From an uncultured Candidatus Saccharibacteria bacterium (GTDB lineage: Bacteria; Patescibacteriota; Minisyncoccia; Phycocordibacterales; UBA918): 64,000 nucleotides of DNA. Made by a program: the position numbers and the translations under genes. Below the pieces are notes generated by a model. The model did no database searches and was not told the DNA's origin. It worked only from the letters and a program-made list of their open reading frames with translations. The stretch is taken from the NCBI GenBank assembly GCA_964593375.1, contig CAZQIF010000002.1, forward strand, positions 7,197 through 71,196. Reading direction: 5' to 3'. The number at the start of each line of letters is the position of its first letter. Within the stretch, counting starts at the first letter, position 1. Positions 1 through 7,694 of the stretch are shown here, piece after piece.

Positions 1-1964
1 TTACCATTTCCGTTTAAGTAGTTACCGGTCACGATATTGCTGGAAGAAGTATTCTGAAGGTAGATACCGTAGCGACCATTGCTATATATAGAATTTCCAG
101 AGACAATATTTCTGGGAGACATGAAGAGATATATTCCGTTTCTACTATTATTTCTAATAGTATTACCACTTATCGTATTTTGGGAAAAAACTAAAGTATA
201 GATGCCGTGCGCACCATTATTAACAGAGGTGTTCCCCGTCAAAGTGTCGTTTGAAGCAACCTGGAGATAGATGCCGTCATCACCATTATTACTCATGGTA
301 TTATTGACATACGAATCATTCATTGAAAAAAACCCTGATATTCCAGCATTTTCATTATTTTGTGAAATATTTCCGATTATTAAATTACCTGATGTCTCAC
401 TTAGAGAAATTCCGTTATTCATTCTCCTTACCGATACATGATCAATAGTCGACGTTGAAACGATGTTGAACGCGATACCGTCTTGGTTTCCAGCTAACGC
501 CAACCCTCCATCAATCGCCAAATCCTTGATGGTGATGTAGCTCGTGTTCGCGACATCAATAACATCCCAATCTGTAGAAGTAGCGGTGATTTTAAGAAGC
601 GTACTTGGTCCAGAACCCATGAGCGTCGTCGACGCTTGCGTAATGTTGATTTCGTTATTGATGTTGTACGTACCAGGAAGGAGGTAGACGAGACCACCCG
701 TTGACGGGATCGCGGCGAGTGCTTGCTCAATGGTGTCTTGATCGTTTGTTCCAGTCGATACATAGTCTGCTTTCTCTTTGTTTTGTGAGTCTGAGGCTGC
801 GACGATGAAGGAAGCGGTACTGCGGTCTGCTTGCCACTTCCCTTGTTCGTAGACGTAGAGTGAGGTGGAGGCGGATGAGTAGAAGAGTGTTCCTTCGCTT
901 GAATTCGTGGGGAATGATGTGCCGCCCACAATGCGGAGGGTTGAGGTGGCAACAAGATTTGAGGTGGTAGCGGTGCCAGATACGTCCATGTCGGCAAACT
1001 GTGCGGTACCTGTAAACGTCGGTGAAGCATTAAACACAACGTACCCTGCGGTACCAACTTCATCCCCGAGGAGTGCGGCGAGTTCAGATGATGTATCAAT
1101 CTCTGATGAGAGGAGTACTGACGGGTCGAGGTACGACGTACCGATGGTGGTTGATGCACTCACGACTCCCGTGCTGTTCGCAACGAGGATACCGGAGGTA
1201 GTGTTCGTGAACGTGACGGTACCGGTTGCGGTGAGGTTCCCCCCAAAGTAGCTGTTCCCCGCGACGGAGAACTTGGCGACGGGTGAAGTGGAGCCAACAC
1301 CAACATTGCCGTTGTTTAAGACCGAGAACACATTCGTCGTTCCGGAAAGTAACTTGAGGAGATCTCCCGCACCGTTCTGGGTAATGGTGAGGAGGGTGTC
1401 GGCGGTGTTGACCGCAATCGATGAGGTGGCATCAGTGCGCACAAACTGGGTTGAGTCGAGTCCATCAAGTTTGTCGGTGCTTAGAGAGGTACTTGCGACA
1501 AACGCTGACGGAACGGTGCCGAGAATCTTCCGTGGTGACATCTCTCCGTCCCAGACGGCAGAGCCGGTTGTTGAACCGACTTCCACACCGAGGTAGAGCG
1601 TTTGGTTAAAGTCGACACTCGTAAGTGGTGACGTTGAACCGAGCATCACACTGAAGAGACCGTTTGTGACCTGAACTCTGTTTGTACCCGTGAGTGTTTC
1701 AGTCCAGAGGGCGCTCGTCGTGGCAACGCTCGGTGAGGTGAGGAGCCAGAAGCGCATGTTGTATGTGCCGTTCGGTACGGCGATGTTTGCCGAGGTGGTG
1801 AGTTTGCCTTGGTAGTTCATCGTGTATGAGGGAGCAGCTGAGGTGGTGTGGGTGAGGGCAAGTGAGAGAAGCATGAGACCAGAAACCACAAAAATAAATG
1901 CACCAAAAAGACTAACGCTGTGCGTTGTCTTTGTGTGTATTATGTTTTTAAAGATGTGGTTCAT
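1..1964 (-). CDS. Secreted/surface right-handed parallel beta-helix (PbH1) repeat protein, N-terminal part (C-terminus lies beyond window start)
   Basis: Manual reverse-complement translation from ATG (revcomp of 1962-1964) gives MNHIFKNIIHTKTTHSVSLFGAFIFVVSGLMLLSLALTHTTSAAPSYT... (signal peptide/N-anchor), then >600 aa rich in T/S/G/N. Repeated NNGxxGIYL/ GNxIxxN PbH1-type beta-helix repeats occur near the window start (NNGDDGIYL, NNGAHGIYT, NSRNGIYLF, NGRYGIYLQ). The frame was checked codon by codon for 1-480 with no stop codon; beyond 480 openness was judged by the translation reading protein-like. It is absent from the ORF track because there is no stop inside the window. Confidence 0.6.
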   Translation of the reverse strand, partial: MNHIFKNIIHTKTTHSVSLFGAFIFVVSGLMLLSLALTHTTSAAPSYTMNYQGKLTTSANIAVPNGTYNMRFWLLTSPSVATTSALWTETLTGTNRVQVTNGLFSVMLGSTSPLTSVDFNQTLYLGVEVGSTTGSAVWDGEMSPRKILGTVPSAFVASTSLSTDKLDGLDSTQFVRTDATSSIAVNTADTLLTITQNGAGDLLKLLSGTTNVFSVLNNGNVGVGSTSPVAKFSVAGNSYFGGNLTATGTVTFTNTTSGILVANSTGVVSASTTIGTSYLDPSVLLSSEIDTSSELAALLGDEVGTAGYVVFNASPTFTGTAQFADMDVSGTATTSNLVATSTLRIVGGTSFPTNSSEGTLFYSSASTSLYVYEQGKWQADRSTASFIVAASDSQNKEKADYVSTGTNDQDTIEQALAAIPSTGGLVYLLPGTYNINNEINITQASTTLMGSGPSTLLKITATSTDWDVIDVANTSYITIKDLAIDGGLALAGNQDGIAFNIVSTSTIDHVSVRRMNNGISLSETSGNLIIGNISQNNENAGISGFFSMNDSYVNNTMSNNGDDGIYLQVASNDTLTGNTSVNNGAHGIYTLVFSQNTISGNTIRNNSRNGIYLFMSPRNIVSGNSIYSNGRYGIYLQNTSSSNIVTGNYLNGNG

Positions 1965-1967
1965 TGT

Positions 1968-2735
1968 TTAATTCTGTTTCACCGGCACTGCCAAAAACCG
2001 ATACGCTTCACCTTCTTTCTCTCTAAACTGCGGAATGATGATGCCGGTATCAGGGTGTTCAGGATCAACGGAAACCGCAACATCGTCTGAGAACGAGTCT
2101 CTGATTGATTCAACGGTCGTGGCGGTCATGACTTCGTTTGGTGCGACGATGAGGGTGGTGTGGGTCGTCGTCCCATTAGACGCGACGACTCCTCCCAAAG
2201 AGGAGTCTGCGTCTAATGGGATAAATCCCTTTGCATCAGTGAGTTTTTGAGTAAATGAGTTTTGAGTTTCACTTCCTGAAACAAACGTATACAGAGAGAG
2301 CGCAAGTCGTTCAACCGCAGAGTACGAGGTAGATGAGAGTGATGCGGTCTGAGTTTGTGGACTCGTCATGACGTAGCCACTCGCTCCGAGAGAGAGTCCA
2401 ATGATTAAGATAACGAGTGTCTCCGTGAGTGCAACGAGGTGGTGCTTCTGCTTTGCTTCCGTTACTTCCTCCACCTGTGCTTTCTGGAAGTGTGAGAGTT
2501 CTGCTTTGCGCTCGAGGCGGAGTGCATTCGCACGTGCGTCTTTTTCTTTCGTTTTGTGGTTGATGAAGTCTTGCACGGAAGACTCAATCACGAACCACTG
2601 GTGACCAACTTTTGTGGCCTCGATGTGACCTTGTCTCGCGAGCATGGTGATGTAGTCAGAGGTGTATCCAAAACGCTTCCCCGCTGCCGTTGCGGGGATG
2701 TATTCGTGACCTGAAAGTGACAGTGTTTCCGACAT
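1968..2735 (-). CDS. Membrane-anchored HTH_17 (excisionase/MerR-like helix-turn-helix) protein; N-terminal HTH, charged coiled-coil linker, single TM, extracytoplasmic C-domain
   Basis: N-terminus ...AAGKRFGYTSDYITMLARQGHIEATKVGHQWFV... matches the excisionase-family HTH pattern (G.S..TVYRLI..G.L.A.K.G..W.I). A Lys/Glu-rich linker follows, then the hydrophobic stretch LVILIIGLSLGASGYV. It is a paralog of 3162..4118. Its stop TAA is 3 nt upstream and in the same frame as the ATG of the beta-helix gene. Confidence 0.5.
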   Translation of the reverse strand: MSETLSLSGHEYIPATAAGKRFGYTSDYITMLARQGHIEATKVGHQWFVIESSVQDFINHKTKEKDARANALRLERKAELSHFQKAQVEEVTEAKQKHHLVALTETLVILIIGLSLGASGYVMTSPQTQTASLSSTSYSAVERLALSLYTFVSGSETQNSFTQKLTDAKGFIPLDADSSLGGVVASNGTTTHTTLIVAPNEVMTATTVESIRDSFSDDVAVSVDPEHPDTGIIIPQFREKEGEAYRFLAVPVKQN

Positions 2736-3016
2736 GTCTAAATAACCAAAATGTCCTTATATTTTATAGGGTTTTGGGATATTTCGATAATGAGTTATAC
2801 ACAGAGAGAATAGGGGGAAAGTAAAATATAAAATCTAAAAAAAATTTGTGCATGTAGTCGGTGCTTTTGGATTGAACAGAAGGCCCCATTAGAGCTCACG
2901 GAAGTGACATGACTTCCGATTTCAAACGGGGTATAAACTGGGAATGATAAACAATAAACTTCCGCGTTTTTTCGCGTCTTGTCTGCGTGTATCCGCGCTT
3001 GCTTCAGCAAGACTTT

Positions 3017-3106
3017 CTGGATTGCTTCACTTCGTTCGCAAAGACGGACACGACCGGCGCGCAGAGCGCCGGTCGTCATCGCGAGCAGAGCGTGGCGATC
3101 CAGAAA
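3017..3106. repeat. Intergenic MITE-like palindromic element, copy 1: 32-bp conserved end, internal GC hairpin, imperfect terminal inverted repeats ctggatYgc
   Basis: 3017-3048 ctggattgcttcacttcgttcgcaaagacgga is identical to 7512-7543. The internal perfect hairpin 3050-3076 is (a)cgaccggcgc-gcaga-gcgccggtcg(t). The 3' end ...gcgatccagaa is shared with copy 2 and is the near reverse complement of the 5' end. Confidence 0.5.
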
Positions 3107-3161
3107 CCGATAACTGAGTACCGATAACTGAATACATTCTAATACCGTCTATACGAGATAT

Positions 3162-4118
3162 CTATATTCTCTCTGATATTTTAGATACTGTACCCATGAT
3201 ATCGAAGCCAAAGTTTGAGTCAAATATTACTCCTTCTCCCTTTTGTGCCTCGTTTGTGAGCGTCCATTTCGCATCAACAGCAAGCGAGAGTGTCGTAAGC
3301 ACAAGCATCGTGAGCACAAACAATACGTACCAAATGCTACTTTGCTTTCGCTGAGGAGGAACCAGGCCTGAAAGCATCTCTCCGTTAGATTCAATTACTT
3401 CTGCCGACTCCTCTTCTAGACGCTTTATTCTATCCGTAAAGTTTATGTACTGTCGTGGTTCTTCATTACTTTCAGTTTCCACTACTGACTCTTCAATCTC
3501 TGTATGCTCATCCTCATTTTCAACCTCTTCCTCGACAGGAATATCTTCCTTTTTATGCACCTTACGGTTAATACGAGCATGGAGTGTAACAATGTCAGGA
3601 TCTGCGGCAATTTCGTCACTAAGATCGACGACCTTAAGCTTTCCAGCCATGATTATCTTCTTTCCTTTATTCTCTATTGAAAATGGTTCCTCTACAGGCT
3701 CATCTCTATGCCCTGCATACTGTTTTGGCTCTGCGTGCATATGCTCATTAATTTCGAGCTTTCTCACCGCTGGAATAAGGTCGCTTTCATCCTCTTCGTA
3801 GCGTACCCTACTCTCCGTCTTTTCTTCAGTGCTCTGCACACGAAGTTTATGCTCCTCAATAGCCTTATGGGCCTGCTCACGTGCTTTAACACGCGACATG
3901 CGCTTCTTCTCAACGCGATGCTCACCGAGCTGTGAGATATCGACATACCAGGTTCGTCCGACAAGATGAGAGGTTATCTTGCCCCCACGACATAACTGCC
4001 CTACGTAATCGGACGTGTAGCCGAGATCACGCGCAGCCTTTGAGGCTTTTACAAATGTCTTTCCATCAAGAACAAGTGTCTCCATGGGAATAGTATACAG
4101 CCGAGATTTGAAAAACAA
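3162..4118 (-). CDS. Membrane-anchored HTH_17 protein, paralog of 1968..2735, with long acidic linker and C-terminal TM segment
   Basis: ...KASKAARDLGYTSDYVGQLCRGGKITSHLVGRTWYV... is the same HTH motif as its paralog, including GYTSDY. A very acidic Glu-rich middle follows, then the TM segment IWYVLFVLTMLVLTTLSLAV near the C-terminus. Confidence 0.5.
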   Translation of the reverse strand: MFFKSRLYTIPMETLVLDGKTFVKASKAARDLGYTSDYVGQLCRGGKITSHLVGRTWYVDISQLGEHRVEKKRMSRVKAREQAHKAIEEHKLRVQSTEEKTESRVRYEEDESDLIPAVRKLEINEHMHAEPKQYAGHRDEPVEEPFSIENKGKKIIMAGKLKVVDLSDEIAADPDIVTLHARINRKVHKKEDIPVEEEVENEDEHTEIEESVVETESNEEPRQYINFTDRIKRLEEESAEVIESNGEMLSGLVPPQRKQSSIWYVLFVLTMLVLTTLSLAVDAKWTLTNEAQKGEGVIFDSNFGFDIMGTVSKISERI

Positions 4119-4171
4119 AAGACGAGGTGGAGTGGATATCCACCTCGCATAGACGAAATAGCTTTAAAGGC

Positions 4172-5608
4172 TTACTTAATTTGCTTCTTAAGAAGTTCGA
4201 GAAGCAATACTGGGTTAGCACTGCCTCGGGTTGCCTTCATTCCCTGACCAACAAGAAACTGGAGTGATGATTCCTTTCCCGCTTTGTACTCTTCCACTAC
4301 TTTGGGATTGGAGTCAATAAGTGTTTTAACGATTTCAAGTATTGCATCTTCTGAGTTATTTTGGAGAAGTCCCCCCTCCTCTGCAAGCTTCTCAGGATCC
4401 TTTCCTTCGAAGAGAACCTGCTTCAACATATCCTTTGCAACACGTGATGTAATGCGCTTTTCACCAACCATTTTAATAAGTGCAACGAACGGGACAAGAT
4501 GCGCCCCAGTAAGTTCATTCGTATTATTAAGGTGAGAAAGAATATCTGAAGTAAGATAGTTAGCAATAACTGGTGCGAGTGCTGCATCATCGTGAATAAG
4601 CTCGAGTGATTTTTTAAAAAAAGTAGCAACGTTACTAACACTGATTATTGTCTCAATCTGTTCTCTCGTTAATCCAAGATTACTATACTTTATGCGTGTT
4701 TTTTCAGGTAACTCAGGCATTTCCTCTCGTATCCGAGATAGTGAAAAGTCTTCAACAAGATTCAAATTGAGCTTTGGAAGATCGGGCTCTGGGAAGTAGC
4801 GATAATCATTTGCAGACTCCTTGAGGCGCTGTGAGAAAGTTTTTGACTTAGTCTCATCCCAACCACGTGTTTCTTGAACTACCTTCTCACCACTTTCTAT
4901 GAGCTGAATCTGTCTCTTTATTTCGTACTCGACTGCAGACTCTACCGCCTTGAATGAGTTGATATTCTTCACTTCAACTTTAGTACCAAGTGCCTCTGTT
5001 TTGCTGACAGAAATATTTGCCTCTACGCGCATCTCTCCCTGCTCCATGTTGGCATCGGATACCCCTAGAGTCCGGAGTAGCAATTGAAGTTCTCGGGCAA
5101 AATTACCTGCGGTCTTTGCGTCATGAATAACAGGTTCTGTCACCAGTTCCATAAGTGGTACTCCTGCTCGGTTGTAGTCAATGAGACTTCCTGAACCTTG
5201 ATCATGTTGTGAACGAGCAGTGTCTTCTTCAAGATGAATACGAGTAATTGCAACTCCATTAAGTACTCCCCCTTTCACGAGTGGATAGAGGTACTGGCTA
5301 ATTTGATAGCCCTTCGGAATGTCAGGATAAAAATAATTCTTTCTGTCGAACTCTGTATACGTAGCAATCTCTGACCCGATGGCGCATCCTACCTTAATGA
5401 CATGCTTTACTGCCTCTTTATTAATAACCGGAAGTGTCCCGGGGTGCGCTAAACACACCGGACATATGTTGGTGTTTGGTTCACTATGATGTGGATCGTT
5501 CGCCGAGTTGCAAAACATCTTTGTTTTCGTCTTCAGTTCTGCATGCACTTCGATTCCAATTGTTGGTATATACGTTTCCATAGTCTGTAATAGTATCGTT
5601 TTCGTCAC
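4172..5608 (-). CDS. gatB: Aspartyl/glutamyl-tRNA(Asn/Gln) amidotransferase subunit B
   Basis: IGIEVHAELKTKTKMFC...YFYPDIPKGYQISQ... are canonical GatB N-terminal motifs. The size (478 aa) fits. The start may be the internal METYIP (5578). Confidence 0.9.
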   Translation of the reverse strand: MTKTILLQTMETYIPTIGIEVHAELKTKTKMFCNSANDPHHSEPNTNICPVCLAHPGTLPVINKEAVKHVIKVGCAIGSEIATYTEFDRKNYFYPDIPKGYQISQYLYPLVKGGVLNGVAITRIHLEEDTARSQHDQGSGSLIDYNRAGVPLMELVTEPVIHDAKTAGNFARELQLLLRTLGVSDANMEQGEMRVEANISVSKTEALGTKVEVKNINSFKAVESAVEYEIKRQIQLIESGEKVVQETRGWDETKSKTFSQRLKESANDYRYFPEPDLPKLNLNLVEDFSLSRIREEMPELPEKTRIKYSNLGLTREQIETIISVSNVATFFKKSLELIHDDAALAPVIANYLTSDILSHLNNTNELTGAHLVPFVALIKMVGEKRITSRVAKDMLKQVLFEGKDPEKLAEEGGLLQNNSEDAILEIVKTLIDSNPKVVEEYKAGKESSLQFLVGQGMKATRGSANPVLLLELLKKQIK

Positions 5609-5767
5609 TTTTGAACAAGCTGTGTCGCCCTTTCTTTGTAGACAAAGTTTTTATAAACACACGATTCTCATTTATGTCAATATGCACAGACACTGTTAAT
5701 AAAGTATGGCTCAAATAAATGATAAAACCTCTTTTTGTGGAGTTACATCATGTTTATTTAATTAACT

Positions 5768-6772
5768 TCACTCAGAGAGGTCGGTCGTTTTTGGCGCCTC
5801 AGACTCTGTTTTTCGAAGGTACACAATGAGTCCGTCACGTAATTCTTTGACTCCGTTCCCTGTTTCAGCAGATACCGCGTAGACAGTTTTACCCGTTCCG
5901 GTCATTTTTTTGACTGCTTCTGAAACTTTTTCTTCACTGACCAAGTCTGTTTTGGTGAGAATAATCCACTCCTCTTTTTCTAGAAGTTTAGGGTCGAATT
6001 TTTCAAGCTCATTTTGAATGACTTGATACTGAGGGACGGCATCTTCATACTCGAGTGAGATGAGGTGAAGAATCATTTTGGTTCGTGATACGTGACGAAG
6101 GAATTTGTGACCGAGGCCCTTACCTTCCGACGCTCCTTCAATGAGTCCAGGGATGTCAGCGAGGACGAAGCCGTAGAGGTCACCAAGGTGTGGTTCGAGA
6201 GTCGTAAATGGATATGCACCAACGCGTGCGTGGGTGTTTGTAAGCGCGTTAAGAAGCGTCGATTTGCCAGCGTTTGGAAAACCTGCGAATCCGACATCTA
6301 CCACCAGTGAGAGTTCGATAGTAAAGGCACCCTGTTCTCCTGACTTACCGGGAGTAGATTGTTCAGGTGAACGATTGGTAGAAGATTTGAAATATTCGTT
6401 CCCCAACCCACCTTGGCCACCCCTTAGTATCTTATGGGTTTCACCGTCTTTTTCAAACGTATACACCCGTTCACGCAGAGTATCGGTCACCTTAGCCCCT
6501 ACCGGAACATCAATATATAAATCTTCACCATCCTTTCCATGACGACTACTGCGTGAGCCGGAACCCCCGCTTTCAGCAGTAAATTCCTTAGAACCAGTGT
6601 ACTTACTGAGCAGGCTTAAATCGCGGACCGCGCGCATATATACGTCGCCACCGTTCCCACCGTTTCCACCTGCAGGACCGCCAAGTGGCTCACGTATCTC
6701 GCGACGCCATCTGACCACCCCTGGGCCACCGTTTCCCGCTTTTGCGGATATTTCGAGTTCATCTACAAACAT
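5768..6772 (-). CDS. obg: GTPase Obg/CgtA
   Basis: MFVDELEISAKAGNGGPG... with a Gly-rich Obg fold, then the G-domain motifs GFPNAGKSTLLNALT and DIPGLIEGAS. Confidence 0.9.
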   Translation of the reverse strand: MFVDELEISAKAGNGGPGVVRWRREIREPLGGPAGGNGGNGGDVYMRAVRDLSLLSKYTGSKEFTAESGGSGSRSSRHGKDGEDLYIDVPVGAKVTDTLRERVYTFEKDGETHKILRGGQGGLGNEYFKSSTNRSPEQSTPGKSGEQGAFTIELSLVVDVGFAGFPNAGKSTLLNALTNTHARVGAYPFTTLEPHLGDLYGFVLADIPGLIEGASEGKGLGHKFLRHVSRTKMILHLISLEYEDAVPQYQVIQNELEKFDPKLLEKEEWIILTKTDLVSEEKVSEAVKKMTGTGKTVYAVSAETGNGVKELRDGLIVYLRKTESEAPKTTDLSE

Positions 6773-7053
6773 GGTATGTTATGCGGTTTCAGGCCAAACT
6801 CACCAAACGTGGTATTCCTGACCGAATGATGTTTGATGCTACACTGTTACGGCTTAAAAGTACAGTGTACCTAGGGCTTATCCAAAACTTTTACAACCTT
6901 TTCACTATATATCAATCAACGCACAAACTGAGAGCGGGTCTTCAAAACCTTCAATTTCAAGGCGTCAAATCGAGAGATGTGAGGCGTATATGGACATACG
7001 ATGAACATTTCGAGATGTAGACAACGCAGAAATTGTAGGTTTTGATACGCGCT

Positions 7054-7398
7054 CTATGAGATTTGTTTGTTGGCGATGGAGCTGATGATACTCACCACTA
7101 TTGAACCAAAGAGACCAGTCCAAAAACCCGCTACATGGAAGCCGTCAACAAATGATGCAACGAAAAGGAATATGAGTGTGTTGATAACAAATATGAAAAG
7201 ACCGAGTGTAACAATGGTTACTGGGAGTGTGAGGATTACGAGGATTGGGCGAACAACTGCGTTCAGTATACCGAGAAGAAACGCCGCAATGAGCGCTACG
7301 TAAAAGCCCGAAATGGTAATTCCCGGAAAGAGCATATCGACAATAACAAGTGCGAATGCGGTTATTATGGTACGAATGACGAATTTCATAGTATCCAA
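7054..7398 (-). CDS. Small 4-TM membrane protein, YvlD/DUF360 (phage holin family 4-like)
   Basis: 114 aa, almost entirely hydrophobic helices (ITAFALVIVDMLFPGI..., LIAAFLLGILNAVVRPILVILTLPVTIVTLGLFIF...). This is typical of the DUF360/holin-like family. Confidence 0.5.
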   Translation of the reverse strand: MDTMKFVIRTIITAFALVIVDMLFPGITISGFYVALIAAFLLGILNAVVRPILVILTLPVTIVTLGLFIFVINTLIFLFVASFVDGFHVAGFWTGLFGSIVVSIISSIANKQIS

Positions 7399-7511
7399 TA
7401 TTTTACGCTGAATACGCAGGCTGTCGAGAGGAACGCGGAAAGACGCGGACGAGACGCATATAATCGCAGAAAAATACTAAGTGCTAAAAGCTAATTGCTA
7501 AGAGCTATTTA

Positions 7512-7665
7512 CTGGATTGCTTCACTTCGTTCGCAAAGACGGACGGAAATATGTCTCACCGCAAAGACGGATGACGCACTTTACCCGCAATGACGGACAA
7601 CAAACCGCGGAAGGCAAAGCCTTCCGCGGTTTGTTGTCTTCGCGAGCCTGCGAAGCGATCCAGAA
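7512..7665. repeat. Intergenic MITE-like element, copy 2 (longer): same 32-bp 5' end, three degenerate cgcaaagacgga tandem units, 15-bp-stem hairpin, same 3' end; flanked by imperfect direct repeats ctaagtgctaaWagcta
   Basis: 7512-7543 is identical to 3017-3048. The hairpin 7600-7634 is acaaaccgcggaagg-caaag-ccttccgcggtttgt. The 3' cgcgagcctgcgaagcgatccagaa is like copy 1. Flanks 7476-7507 and 7665-7692 share ctaagtgctaa.agcta...gagcta. Confidence 0.5.
7600..7634 (-). terminator. Perfect 15-bp stem hairpin downstream of secA (inside repeat element copy 2); possible terminator
   Basis: acaaaccgcggaagg / ccttccgcggtttgt with a 5-nt loop. It lies 60 nt after the secA stop on the minus strand. 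There is no clean U-tract, so terminator function is uncertain. Confidence 0.35.
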
Positions 7666-7694
7666 GCTAAGTGCTAATAGCTGAGAGCTAACTT

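Noticed and set aside
494-1596. ORF-track calls 494..1159 (-), 907..1251 (+), 1273..1596 (+), 1421..1609 (+)
   Set aside because: Their translations are low-complexity or Pro/Ser/Arg-rich and lie out of frame or antisense within the long minus-strand beta-helix ORF (1..1964). That ORF has a signal peptide and coherent PbH1 repeats. These are treated as shadow ORFs.
2795-3079. 94-aa minus-strand ORF (MTTGALRAGRVRLCERSEAIQKVLL...)
   Set aside because: It lies across repeat element copy 1 and its GC hairpin. The peptide is Arg/Ala-rich with no domain features, as is typical of ORFs created by palindromic repeats.
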